Positions 18,541 to 27,989 of a DNA stretch of 64,000 nt are shown here, in pieces. The position numbers and the translations under genes are program-made. The stretch's first letter is position 1. The number at the start of each line of letters is the position of its first letter. Under the pieces are notes generated by a model, which saw only the letters and a program-made list of their open reading frames with translations, had not been told where the DNA came from and did not search any database. Source of the DNA: Candidatus Latescibacterota bacterium (GTDB taxonomy: Bacteria; Latescibacterota; UBA2968; UBA8231); assembly GCA_965248355.1 (NCBI GenBank), contig OZ252098.1, positions 1,177,858 through 1,241,857 of the forward strand, read 5' to 3'.

Positions 18541-19565
18541 GCGAACCTCCCCCGCCACTCCCTCCGGCCGCGGGACCGCTCGGAGAGCAACCCCTCGGCC
18601 AGGAAGCAGGCCAGGGCCAGGGCCAGGGGGATCTGGAAGCGTTCCTCGTAGCGGGTGAAGCGCTCGGCTCCGAGCTCCTTCTGCTGCAGGCCGGAGATCC
18701 GGTCGGCCACGTCCTCCAACTCCCGGCCCGTGAGACTGCTGCGCCAGTAGGCGCCCTCCCCGGCGGCGGCCACCTCGCGCAGGGCGGCCTCGTCGAGACG
18801 GGACTTCACATAGTTGCCGTCGCGGTCCTTGTGGTAGTCCAGGCGGCTCCCGTCTTCGGACCCCAGGGGAATCAGGTCCCCCTCCGGCGAGCCGACGCCG
18901 ATGCAGAACAGGCGGACTCCCCGGTCGGCCAGCTGACCCGCGGCGTCGGCGGCCGAGCCCGTGTGCGCCTCGCCGTCGCTGAAGAGGACGGCCACCTTGT
19001 CGTTCCGGTCCTCGGGGTCGAAGACCCCCCCCGCCAGCTCGAGGGCCCGGGCCAGGGAGGTCCCCTGGGACGGAATGGCGTTCACGTCCACCGCGCCAAG
19101 GAGCAGGCGCAGAGCCGCGGTGTCGAGGGTCAGGGGACACTGGACGTAGGCGTTGGCGGCGAACACGACGAGAGCGACACGGTCGCCCTGGAGGTCGTCC
19201 AGCAGCTTGCCCATGGCCTGCCGCGCCCGTTCGAGCCGGTTCGGACGCACGTCCTCGGTGAGCATGCTGCGCGACAGATCGAGAAGGAGGACCACGTCCA
19301 CGCCGCGCCGCTGGGCCATCTCCAGGCGCACCCCGAACCGGGGGCCCGTGAGGGCCAGCGCCAGCAGCCCCAGGCCGGCCACGAGGAGGGCGGACTTCAC
19401 GTGCTGCCGGGTGCGGCTCACGCTCCGGATGAGGCGGGGAGCCACGGCGGCATGGGCCAGGCGCTCGAGGTCGCGCCGGCGGCGGCTGTGGGCCCAGGCC
19501 GCGAACCAGGCCGCCAGCGGCACCAGGAGCAGCAGCCATTGGTTGTGCTCGGCGGCGAAGCGCAT
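18537..19565 (-). CDS. batB: BatB-like VWA domain protein
   Basis: MIDAS DLSRSM, PNRLERA, QCPLTLD, FSDGE, KSRLDEAAL. Confidence 0.88.
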   Translation of the reverse strand: MRFAAEHNQWLLLLVPLAAWFAAWAHSRRRRDLERLAHAAVAPRLIRSVSRTRQHVKSALLVAGLGLLALALTGPRFGVRLEMAQRRGVDVVLLLDLSRSMLTEDVRPNRLERARQAMGKLLDDLQGDRVALVVFAANAYVQCPLTLDTAALRLLLGAVDVNAIPSQGTSLARALELAGGVFDPEDRNDKVAVLFSDGEAHTGSAADAAGQLADRGVRLFCIGVGSPEGDLIPLGSEDGSRLDYHKDRDGNYVKSRLDEAALREVAAAGEGAYWRSSLTGRELEDVADRISGLQQKELGAERFTRYEERFQIPLALALACFLAEGLLSERSRGRREWRGRFA

Positions 19566-19569
19566 GGTC

Positions 19570-20541
19570 TCAGGGCAGGCTGCGGAAGCGGGTGCGCGAC
19601 AACAGGAAGTCCCCTGCCAGGGCCAGGAACCCCGGCCACAGGAACAGGGGGTACAACTCCGAGTACTCCAGGTGAACCTGGCTGGTGACCTCGGTCTTCT
19701 CCAGGCGGCCGATCTCGGCGTAGATCTCCTCCAGCTTCTCGCCGCTGGTGGCGTGGTAGTACTGGCCGCCCGTGGCGGCGGCGATGGAGCGCAGGGTCTC
19801 CTCGTCGAAGTCCACCCCCCGGCCGCGGACCTGCGGCGGCGCCCCGACGCCGATGGTGTAGACGCGCACGCCCACGGCGGCGGCGGCCTCGGCCGCCGTC
19901 TGCGGATAGATCTCCCCGGCGTTGTTCACGCCGTCGGTGAGCAGGATGGCGACGCGGCCCCGGCGCCCTTCCCCACCCGCGTCTCGCAGTCGGTTGGTGG
20001 CGTTGATCAGGGCCATGCCGATGGCGGTGCCGTCCCAGGTCTCGTGGGCGATCTCGATCTCCTCCAGGAACTGCAGGAGCACGTCGTAATCGAGGGTGAG
20101 GGGACACTGGGTGAAGCTCTCGGCGGCGAAGACGACCATGCCGATGCGGTCGGTGTGGCGGCCGTGGATGAAGCGGGCCACCACCTCCTTGGCCACCGCC
20201 AGCCGGCCCGCGGGACCCAGGTCCCGGGCCCGCATGCTGCCCGAGACGTCCAGAATGAGCATGATGTCCACGCCCTCGGCCGAGACGTCCACGATGCGCT
20301 CGCCGCTCTGCGGACGGGCCAGGGCGGCGACGAGACAGGCCACGGCCAGGAAACGGGCTACGGGCAGGGCCCGGCGGGCCACGGCCCAGGGACCGGCCGG
20401 CAGGCCCCGCAGGTCGCCGACCTGGGGATAGCGGACGGAGCCCCTCAGCCGCTGGCCGTGGCGCCGCTGCCGCCACCCCATCCAGGGCAGCAGCAGAAGA
20501 AGGAGCAGGAAGGCGGGGTCGGCGAATCGAAGCTCGTCCAT
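19570..20541 (-). CDS. batA: BatA-like VWA domain protein
   Basis: N-terminal FADP..LLLL, ALARPQ, MIDAS DVSGSM, DGTAIG, LLTDGVNN, TGGQYYHA. Confidence 0.9.
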   Translation of the reverse strand: MDELRFADPAFLLLLLLLPWMGWRQRRHGQRLRGSVRYPQVGDLRGLPAGPWAVARRALPVARFLAVACLVAALARPQSGERIVDVSAEGVDIMLILDVSGSMRARDLGPAGRLAVAKEVVARFIHGRHTDRIGMVVFAAESFTQCPLTLDYDVLLQFLEEIEIAHETWDGTAIGMALINATNRLRDAGGEGRRGRVAILLTDGVNNAGEIYPQTAAEAAAAVGVRVYTIGVGAPPQVRGRGVDFDEETLRSIAAATGGQYYHATSGEKLEEIYAEIGRLEKTEVTSQVHLEYSELYPLFLWPGFLALAGDFLLSRTRFRSLP

Positions 20542-20544
20542 GGG

Positions 20545-21513
20545 TCAGGAGCCGCCTTCGGAAGTCGCCGCCGCCCCGGCCGCCACCAGGGCCCGCAGCT
20601 GCTGCCCGGCGCCGGCCACCAGCCGCCGGCCCTCCTCCGGCGCCGCCGCCGCCTCGGGCCCTGGGGGCTCGGCCCGGGCGAACTTGACCAGGTCCGCCGC
20701 CTGCAGGAAGTCGATGATGCCTTCCCGGGTGTCGGCGTCGGGGGGAGACGGAGCCCGGCGCAGGTCGGCGGCGATCTCGGAGGTGGTGCGGTCCAGGCCG
20801 TCCACGGACAGCCGGTCCTCGAGGAAGCGGCGCATGACCTCGGACAGACGGGTGTAATAGACCTTCAGGGCCCCGCGCTGCAGCAGCCCCGACTCGGCGA
20901 TGAGGACGAACTCCCTCTCGTAGTCCACCGGAGCCGGCGGCGGGCTCGGGAGCTCGGTTGGCTCCTTGGGGCGGCGCAGCAGGAACCGGCCCGCCAGCCA
21001 GGCCAGGAGCACGGCCGCGGCCGCCGCCAGGATCCCGGCGAGCCACAGGGGGATGCCGCCGGGGATCGCCATGGGCGGCTTGATCTCCCGCAGCGCGTCA
21101 CCCTCCTCCGGATCACGGGCGGACACGATCTCCATGGGAATCGACGGCGACGTGAGACGCGCGGTGTCGGAGGCCGCCCCTACCACCAGGACCTCCAGGG
21201 CCGGGATGGCGCCGGTATCGAGGGTGAAGGCGGTCAGTTCGTAGCGGCGCTCGTCGACCTCGAGGCCGCCGGCTGCGGCCCTCGTGGCCGGCGCCGACTG
21301 GGAGCGCACGATCCACGAACCCAGCTTCTCCTGCAGCTCCGGGAACAGGGAACGCGAGGAGGCCGGACGCTCGACGCGCAGGAGCAGGGCCACGGGATCG
21401 CCGAGACGGACCCTCCCCGTGTCGACCTCCGCCCTCAGGAGCGGCCGGTCGGCGTGGACCGGGGAAGCGACGGCGGCGGCGACCAGGGCCGCGCCGCGGA
21501 GGAAAGCTGTCAT
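20545..21513 (-). CDS. Bat-cluster membrane protein (BatD/DUF4381-like)
   Basis: Signal peptide, Ig-like domain, LREIKPP, TM, YYTRLSEVMRRFLE, ADLVKFAR. Confidence 0.8.
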   Translation of the reverse strand: MTAFLRGAALVAAAVASPVHADRPLLRAEVDTGRVRLGDPVALLLRVERPASSRSLFPELQEKLGSWIVRSQSAPATRAAAGGLEVDERRYELTAFTLDTGAIPALEVLVVGAASDTARLTSPSIPMEIVSARDPEEGDALREIKPPMAIPGGIPLWLAGILAAAAAVLLAWLAGRFLLRRPKEPTELPSPPPAPVDYEREFVLIAESGLLQRGALKVYYTRLSEVMRRFLEDRLSVDGLDRTTSEIAADLRRAPSPPDADTREGIIDFLQAADLVKFARAEPPGPEAAAAPEEGRRLVAGAGQQLRALVAAGAAATSEGGS

Positions 21514-21526
21514 CGGGCCGGACCCG

Positions 21527-22969
21527 CTACCCGTCGGCCGGCTCCACGGCTTCCGAGGCCTCCTCCATCGGGTTGGACACGTCGTCCAGGCTCAGATCGA
21601 GGTCCTCCACCGAGTCCTCTTCGACGGTGACCACGGTGCCCAGGTCGGCGCGCATCGCGTAGGCCTGGCCGTCGCCCGTCGTCGAGCCGACGCGGACTTC
21701 CACCGTACGGCCTCCGGTGAGATCGACGCGCACGGACAGCCGCGGCGAGTCGAGACCGAAGGGAGCCAGGGGAAGGCTCCCGTCGGCCGCTCCATCCTGG
21801 ACGAAGCCCTCCGCCTCCAGATCGTTCAGGTCGTTCACCAGGCTGGTGAACCGCCAGGCCTTGGGCTCGCGCCCGGCGGCGTCCACCAGGCCCCAGGTGC
21901 CGGCGCTGTCCCGGGAGGCGGTGAAGACCCGCTCCCCCCGGCGCCGCAGCTCGATGCGGGAGATCTCCTCCTCGGACAGGGCCAGGAGCTTCCTCTCCCG
22001 CAGATCCGACAGCGGCTTGAGCAGCTCGTTGACGACGGTGGAGTCGACGACGAACACGTGGGGCCGGCTGGAGTCGCGGGCGAAGCGGTCGCCCCCGCCG
22101 GCCTCGGCGCCGACCTGCAGGCGCTTCTCGGCCCGGTCCTCGCCGATCCACAGGGTCACCTCCGCCAGGGCCGAGCCATCCTGCAGGCCGGCCGCCGACA
22201 ACTCGTCGGCGGTGGGCTGCTCGAAGGCGATCCGGCTGGTCTCGGAATTCCGCAGCCGCGACAGGACGTCGTCCACCTCGTCGTCGTCGGCTTCCCTGGC
22301 CAGGGGCTGGTCGAGACGCCAGCCCCCATCCTGCCGGTAGAGCTCCACCCGGCCGCCGGGCCGGTCGAGCCTCAGGCCCCTGACCTCGTCCTCCTCGAAG
22401 GCCAGCAGCCGCCGGTCGCGCAGGTCGAAGAGGCCCTTGTCGAGGTTGTCGAACCGCCAGGCGCGGACCCTCAACACCTCCGGGTTGTCCCCCGAGCGCT
22501 GCAGGTAGGTGAAGCGCTCGGTGGGCGTGTCGTCGCCGAAGCGCAGGGTGTCGAAGACCGCGGGCGACTCCCCGGCGAGCTCGAGCAGCACCTGCAGGCG
22601 GGGCCGCTCCAGGCCGTAGGCGGTCAGCCGCCCCGCGTCCCCGGCCACGGCGGCGCTGTCCTGCAGAGGCTCGCCCTCGATCTCGGTCTCCCGCAGGTTC
22701 CTCAGGTAGCGCTCCACCGCCTGGGCATCGGCGTCGGTGGAGACGGGGCTCGTCAGGCGCCAGGACTCCTCCCCCTTCTCCAGGACGGCCACCGTGTCGC
22801 CGCGGTCGATGGTGAGGCGCCGGGCCTCGTGATCGCTGAAGTCCAGGAGCTGGCGGGAGCGTTCCGCTTCGACCTGCCGCTGCTCCCCTCCCTTGATCTC
22901 GTAGAAGTAGACGAAGCCCAGCAGGGCCACGAAGATCCCGCTGATGATGAGGTTCGTCTTCAGTCCCAT
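21527..22969 (-). CDS. DUF4340-type exported protein with internal repeats
   Basis: N-terminal TM; repeated YGLERP/FGLDSP and DLRDRRLL/DLRERKLL motifs; follows GldG-like gene. Confidence 0.8.
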   Translation of the reverse strand: MGLKTNLIISGIFVALLGFVYFYEIKGGEQRQVEAERSRQLLDFSDHEARRLTIDRGDTVAVLEKGEESWRLTSPVSTDADAQAVERYLRNLRETEIEGEPLQDSAAVAGDAGRLTAYGLERPRLQVLLELAGESPAVFDTLRFGDDTPTERFTYLQRSGDNPEVLRVRAWRFDNLDKGLFDLRDRRLLAFEEDEVRGLRLDRPGGRVELYRQDGGWRLDQPLAREADDDEVDDVLSRLRNSETSRIAFEQPTADELSAAGLQDGSALAEVTLWIGEDRAEKRLQVGAEAGGGDRFARDSSRPHVFVVDSTVVNELLKPLSDLRERKLLALSEEEISRIELRRRGERVFTASRDSAGTWGLVDAAGREPKAWRFTSLVNDLNDLEAEGFVQDGAADGSLPLAPFGLDSPRLSVRVDLTGGRTVEVRVGSTTGDGQAYAMRADLGTVVTVEEDSVEDLDLSLDDVSNPMEEASEAVEPADG

Positions 22970-22994
22970 GTGCGGTGCCTCTCGTGCATGTGGC

Positions 22995-25900
22995 TCAGGC
23001 CGCGGCGGCGGCCGGGTGGAAGTCGCGGCGAATCCATACGAGGATGCAGGCGTTGGCGATGCTCAGCCCCGCCAGCACCAGTTGCAGCGTCGGCTCGGGG
23101 ACGACGACGAAGGCCAGCCCGGCGTTGGCGGCCAGGGTCGCCAGGGCCGGCAGCCAGGCCCGGGAATCTCGCTTGTAGAGGCCGTAGCTCAGCCCCCAGC
23201 AGAGCAGGCCCAGGACCACGCAGCCCTCGCCGCGCCAGAGGCTGGCCTCGCCGAGTCCGATGACGCCGAGGATGTAGTACCAGGTCCCCAGGGCCAGGAA
23301 GTTGTAGACCAGCCAGCTCACGAAGCCGCTGACATGGGTCCCGTAGCCGCGGCGCAGCATGATGACAAAGCCGGAGAGGGCCACGGCGAAGGGCAGGACG
23401 AAGACGGAGATCCAGAGGATCACGCTGCCCGCCGTGCCCACGAGGTTGATCGGGTTGAAGCGCGGCTGCTTCGGCGGGATCGTGAGGCTGCCCTCCCCCT
23501 CGGCGAGCCAGCGGACCGCGGCGGCCATGAGCTCGCCGTTGGCCTGTTGTCCGAAGTACTGGTTTCGGGCGAAATCGGCATCTCCGAAGACCACGATCCT
23601 CGTCTCGTCGCCCTCCGCCGCCGAGTCGGCCTCGGCGCTGACCGCCACCGCCAGGGACAGGGGACCGGGCCGGTCGGTCTCCGGATCGAAATCGATCGAT
23701 CCTCCTTCCTCGCCCGACAGCACGGCCAGGTCGGACTCCCCCCAGGCGTTGCGGTCGGTGAAGGCGAGGGCCTCCACCCCGAAGCCGCCCGAGGCGGCGC
23801 TGACCGAGCGCGCCATGGGGAAGTAGCTCATCTGGCCGCGGACGGCGCCCTCGGTGATCGGGTGGTCGCCGTAGCGCAGGACCACCGGCACCGAGACGTC
23901 GGTGCCGAGGAGCTGCCCGAGGCCGCTCAGGTCGACGACGAAGTCATGGCCGATGTCGATGTCGTACTCGTCGAGCAGGAGGTCCTCCAGACCGCTGTCC
24001 GGGACCGGGTCGACCAGCAGCAGCAGGTCGCCTCCCCGCTCCAGGAACCGGCGCACGCCCTCCACCTCCGCCGCGCTCAGCGGACTCTGCGGCCCCAGGA
24101 CGGCCAGCACCTGCACCAGGGTCAGATCCTCCGTACCGGGACGCACGGCGTCCCGGATCTGCAGGTTCATCTCCTTCAGCCGCCCGTTGAGGATGCTGAA
24201 GCCCTCGCCGTCGACGTCGGTGAGCCCACCCTCCCCATGGCCCCCGACGAAGCCGATGACGCGCTCGTCGGCCGCCAGGGCCCGGCGGATGGCGTTGCTC
24301 AGAGCTTCCTCGCTCTGCTCGGTGAAGCGCTCGGTGACCACCTTGCCGGCGCCCGTGACCTCGACGATGGAGGTGCCCCGTTCGCGGATGCCGTACCGCC
24401 GCACCAGGAGGGCGTCCTTCTGGGGGTCGACGGTCTCGAAGTCGAAGCGGCGGGAGCGGTATCCGTACTCCTCGGCGATCTCCTGGAAGCGCCCGCCCTC
24501 CATGTCCGACATGAAGGTGCGGACCTGGATGTACTTGCCCGTGTCGCCGGCCTCTCGCAGCAGCTCCAGGCTCTCGGGGGCCAGGGTGAACAGCTCGTCC
24601 TCGGTCAGGTCGATGCGCCAGTGGTAGCGGTCGCCGAGGTAGTTCAGCAGGACGAGAACACCCAGGGAAAGGACCACGCCCAGACCGGCGGCGGCCAGGT
24701 CGCGCAGGCTCCAGCGGCCGGACCGGGAGACGACGACGAAGCCGGCCAGGGCGATCGCCGCCGGGTACAGGATCACGGTGATCCAGAAGATCCATTCCGA
24801 TTGCGTATCGGTCAGGGCGATGGGGTTGAAGCCCGGCGCCTTGGGACGGATGGAGATCAGGGCCTCGTCCTCGGCCAGCCAGCTCACCGCGTTCAGGGCC
24901 AGGTCTCCGTTGCCCTGGGAGTCGAAGTAGCGGTTGCTCGCGAAGTCGGCGTCGCCGAAGACCACGAGCCGGCCCCCCGAGGCGGTGTCGGCCACCGCCG
25001 CACCGACGCCGACGGGTCCGCGCCGGTCGGCCTCGTCGAGGCGGACGGTGCGCTCGCCCCCCGCGCCTTCGCCCAGCACGGACAGGTCGGTCTCCGCCCA
25101 GCTCTCCGAGCTGGTCCGGGCCAGGACCGCGGCGCTGGACCCGTTGGCGGTTACCACGGAGGAATCGAGAGCGACCGAGCGGGCCAGCTCGTAGAAGGTC
25201 ATGACCCCGCCGCGGTGGCGCCGGGCGATGGGGTGGACGTCGTCGTAGGTGGTGACCACGGGGATGGTGAAGTCGAGGCCGAAGAGAGATCCGATACCGC
25301 TGGTATCGATGACGAAGTCGTCGCCGGTGACCACGCCCCACTCCCCCGCCAGGGCCTCGAGACCGGTCTCCTGCAGGGCGTCGGCCAGCAGCAGCACGGA
25401 GCCGCCGCTGTCCAGGTAGCGGCGGACGGCGTCGACCTCGTGGTCCAGGAAGGGCGACCGGGGGCCGGCTATGATCAGCACGCGGCAGTCCCCGGGGACC
25501 CGGGCCTCCCGCGCCAGGAACAGGGAATCGCTCACCACGTAGTCGATCTCCCGGAGGCGCTCGGCCAGCCGCCCCAGGTCCGACTCGAGGCTGCCGCTGC
25601 CCCGCTCGCCGTGGCCGACGGTGAAGTAGACCCGATCCCGCCGGTCCCGGAGGACCTTCAGCATGGCGTTGGTGATCTCCTTCTCCGTCAGCTCGGTGAG
25701 GCTCAGCCGCTCGTCGCCGGCGGCCACCACCAGGGTGTTGTAGGCGCGCACCCCGTACTCCTGGGTCCGCACCGGATCGCGGTCGGGATCGACGAATTCG
25801 AAGTCGAAACGCCCGCCGCCGTGCACGGCGTACTGCTCCAGCAGCCCGCGCAGCTCCTCGTCCTCGCCCCCTTCCATGAAGGCCAGGGCCTCCACTTCCT

Positions 25901-26234
25901 TCTCCAGCGCCTCCAGGCTCTCCACGGTCAGGGGCGCCAGGCTGTGCAGCCCCCCTTCGGTCAGGTCGAGCCGCTGCGGATAACGGTCGGCGAGGAAGTT
26001 CACCATCCCGAGGATGGCCAGCACCAGGAGGCCTCCCCAGAAGGCGTTGAGCCAGCGACCGTACCGGCGGAACAGCTCGGGGTCGAGCACCGCCGAGGCG
26101 GCCACCAGAAGCGCCCCGAGGGCGGCGTTGGCCGCGGGCAGCCAGGTGGCCTCGGGCTCGAGGAGCATGGCCAGCCCGGCGGCGGCGAGAAGAGCCGCTC
26201 CGGCCAGGCTGGCGAAGGTCGAATAGGCCTTCAT
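22995..26234 (-). CDS. GldG-like ABC-transporter auxiliary protein with two tandem modules (1079 aa)
   Basis: Two copies of DLT..SL/TL, GHGE, HPI, VVFGDADF..N, WLAE motifs; ATG 26234 overlaps the permease stop (ATGA). Confidence 0.85.
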   Translation of the reverse strand: MKAYSTFASLAGAALLAAAGLAMLLEPEATWLPAANAALGALLVAASAVLDPELFRRYGRWLNAFWGGLLVLAILGMVNFLADRYPQRLDLTEGGLHSLAPLTVESLEALEKEVEALAFMEGGEDEELRGLLEQYAVHGGGRFDFEFVDPDRDPVRTQEYGVRAYNTLVVAAGDERLSLTELTEKEITNAMLKVLRDRRDRVYFTVGHGERGSGSLESDLGRLAERLREIDYVVSDSLFLAREARVPGDCRVLIIAGPRSPFLDHEVDAVRRYLDSGGSVLLLADALQETGLEALAGEWGVVTGDDFVIDTSGIGSLFGLDFTIPVVTTYDDVHPIARRHRGGVMTFYELARSVALDSSVVTANGSSAAVLARTSSESWAETDLSVLGEGAGGERTVRLDEADRRGPVGVGAAVADTASGGRLVVFGDADFASNRYFDSQGNGDLALNAVSWLAEDEALISIRPKAPGFNPIALTDTQSEWIFWITVILYPAAIALAGFVVVSRSGRWSLRDLAAAGLGVVLSLGVLVLLNYLGDRYHWRIDLTEDELFTLAPESLELLREAGDTGKYIQVRTFMSDMEGGRFQEIAEEYGYRSRRFDFETVDPQKDALLVRRYGIRERGTSIVEVTGAGKVVTERFTEQSEEALSNAIRRALAADERVIGFVGGHGEGGLTDVDGEGFSILNGRLKEMNLQIRDAVRPGTEDLTLVQVLAVLGPQSPLSAAEVEGVRRFLERGGDLLLLVDPVPDSGLEDLLLDEYDIDIGHDFVVDLSGLGQLLGTDVSVPVVLRYGDHPITEGAVRGQMSYFPMARSVSAASGGFGVEALAFTDRNAWGESDLAVLSGEEGGSIDFDPETDRPGPLSLAVAVSAEADSAAEGDETRIVVFGDADFARNQYFGQQANGELMAAAVRWLAEGEGSLTIPPKQPRFNPINLVGTAGSVILWISVFVLPFAVALSGFVIMLRRGYGTHVSGFVSWLVYNFLALGTWYYILGVIGLGEASLWRGEGCVVLGLLCWGLSYGLYKRDSRAWLPALATLAANAGLAFVVVPEPTLQLVLAGLSIANACILVWIRRDFHPAAAAA

Positions 26235-27016
26235 CGGCGCCAGCGCCTCGACTCGAGGACGCGCGTGGTGAGGAACAGGCAGAAGAAGATGAAACTCAGG
26301 TAGAAGAGAACGTCGGCGGTGTCGATGACGCCGCGCTGGAAGTCCTGCAGGTGCTGGATGATCGACAGGTAGGAGAGCAGCTTGGCCGCCGTGGGACCGG
26401 CGAAGCTCGCCGACCAGTCGATCAGCCACAGGAGCAGCAGCGCTCCGAAGGAGAGCAGCACGGCGACGATCTGGTTCTCCGTGAGGGACGAGGCCAGGAC
26501 GCCGACGGCGACGAAGGTGCCTCCGAGGAGCAGGTAGCCGAGATAGGCGGAGCCGATGGGCCCCCAGTCCGGGTCGCCGTAGACCTCGAGGATGAGGCAG
26601 AAGACGAGGGTCAGGGCGACGATGATGGTGTAGAGGGTGAGGGCCGCGAAGAACTTGCCGAGCAGGACCTGCACCGTCGAGATGGGTGAGGTCATGAGCA
26701 GCTCGATGGTGCCGCTCTTCTTCTCCTCCGCGAAGAGCCGCATGGTCAGCATGGGCACCACGAGGAGCCAGATGAAGTCCATGACCGCGAAGAACTGGGT
26801 GACCACCATCTCGTTGAGGTTCAGGCTGGGCATGGCCCCCTGCATGAACTGCTGGCGCTGACTGAACTGAAGGCACCAGAAGTTGAACTGCATCAGGATG
26901 TTGCGGAACAGGTACCCGGACAGGAACAGGAAGACGCCGGCGATCACGTAGGCCACGGGCGAGACGAAATAGGAGCGCAGCTCCTTGGTGTACATGGCGA
27001 GGAAGTTGCGCATCAC
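26231..27016 (-). CDS. ABC-2 type permease (GldF-like)
   Basis: KELRSYFVSPVAY, TMRLFAEEKKSGTIELLMTSP, SSLTENQIVA. Confidence 0.9.
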   Translation of the reverse strand: MMRNFLAMYTKELRSYFVSPVAYVIAGVFLFLSGYLFRNILMQFNFWCLQFSQRQQFMQGAMPSLNLNEMVVTQFFAVMDFIWLLVVPMLTMRLFAEEKKSGTIELLMTSPISTVQVLLGKFFAALTLYTIIVALTLVFCLILEVYGDPDWGPIGSAYLGYLLLGGTFVAVGVLASSLTENQIVAVLLSFGALLLLWLIDWSASFAGPTAAKLLSYLSIIQHLQDFQRGVIDTADVLFYLSFIFFCLFLTTRVLESRRWRR

Positions 27017-27975
27017 TGGACCTCTTCGGCTTCGGAGGTGAGACGCAGGAAGATGTCTTCCAGGGTCATGTCGAGGCTGCGCAGCTCGCGCAGGCCGTAA
27101 CCGCCGTCGACGACCGCCTTGGCCAGGGGATCGCGCAGGTCCTGCCCCGGAGCGGCGGTCACCACGTAGGCCCCTTCGTCGGCAGGGCCCTCGGGGCCCT
27201 CCGCGCCGGTCTCCTCCTTGGCCTCGAGCACGCCCGGCAGCCCCCGAAGCAGGCCGAGGACGTCCTCCCGGGGCCCGGCCACGCGGGCCCGCAGCAGCTC
27301 GCCCTCTTTCAACTGCTCCGTCAGGCTCTCCGGCGATCCCTGGCCGACGATGCGGCCCTTGTCGATGATGACCACCTGCTCACAGGTCATGGACACCTCC
27401 GGCAGGATGTGGGTGGAGAGCACGATCGTATGCTCCCCCCGCAGCGACTTGATCATCTCGCGGATCTCGATGATCTGCTTGGGGTCGAGGCCCACCGTCG
27501 GCTCGTCCAGGATCAGCACGCTCGGGTTGTGCACCAGGGCCTGGGCCAGGCCCACGCGCTGGCGGTAGCCCTTGGAGAGATGGCCGATCAGGCTGCGCCG
27601 CACGTGGGCGACGCCCGTCTTCTCCATGGTCTCGTCGATGCGGGAGGACATGACCGCCGAGGGCACGCCCTTGATGCGGGCCACGAAGCCGAGGTAGGCC
27701 TCCACGGTCATGTCGCTGTAGAGGGGCGGCAACTCGGGCAGGTACCCGATCCGCCGCCGCACCTCCATCGACTCCTCGGTGACGTCGAAGCCGTCGACGG
27801 TCGCCGTCCCCGAGGAGGGAGGCAGATAGCAGGTGACGATGCGCATGGTCGTCGTCTTGCCCGCCCCGTTGGGGCCGAGAAAGCCCATGATTTTCCCGGT
27901 CTCGGCGCGGAAGGTGACGTTGTCGATGGCCGTCACCTCCCCGTAGTGCTTGGACAGCTCGCGAACTTCGATCAC
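27013..27975 (-). CDS. ABC transporter ATP-binding protein (GldA-like)
   Basis: GPNGAGKTT, LSKGYRQRVGLAQA, ILDEPTVGLDP, STHIL. Confidence 0.93.
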   Translation of the reverse strand: MIEVRELSKHYGEVTAIDNVTFRAETGKIMGFLGPNGAGKTTTMRIVTCYLPPSSGTATVDGFDVTEESMEVRRRIGYLPELPPLYSDMTVEAYLGFVARIKGVPSAVMSSRIDETMEKTGVAHVRRSLIGHLSKGYRQRVGLAQALVHNPSVLILDEPTVGLDPKQIIEIREMIKSLRGEHTIVLSTHILPEVSMTCEQVVIIDKGRIVGQGSPESLTEQLKEGELLRARVAGPREDVLGLLRGLPGVLEAKEETGAEGPEGPADEGAYVVTAAPGQDLRDPLAKAVVDGGYGLRELRSLDMTLEDIFLRLTSEAEEVQ

Positions 27976-27989
27976 GGATATGGCTCCCT

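Noticed and set aside
15268-19539. ORF-track versions of batE, batD and batC with long Arg/Pro-rich N-termini suggesting fusions
   Set aside because: Signal peptides and overlapping GTG starts define shorter genes; upstream parts are off-frame readings of the preceding gene
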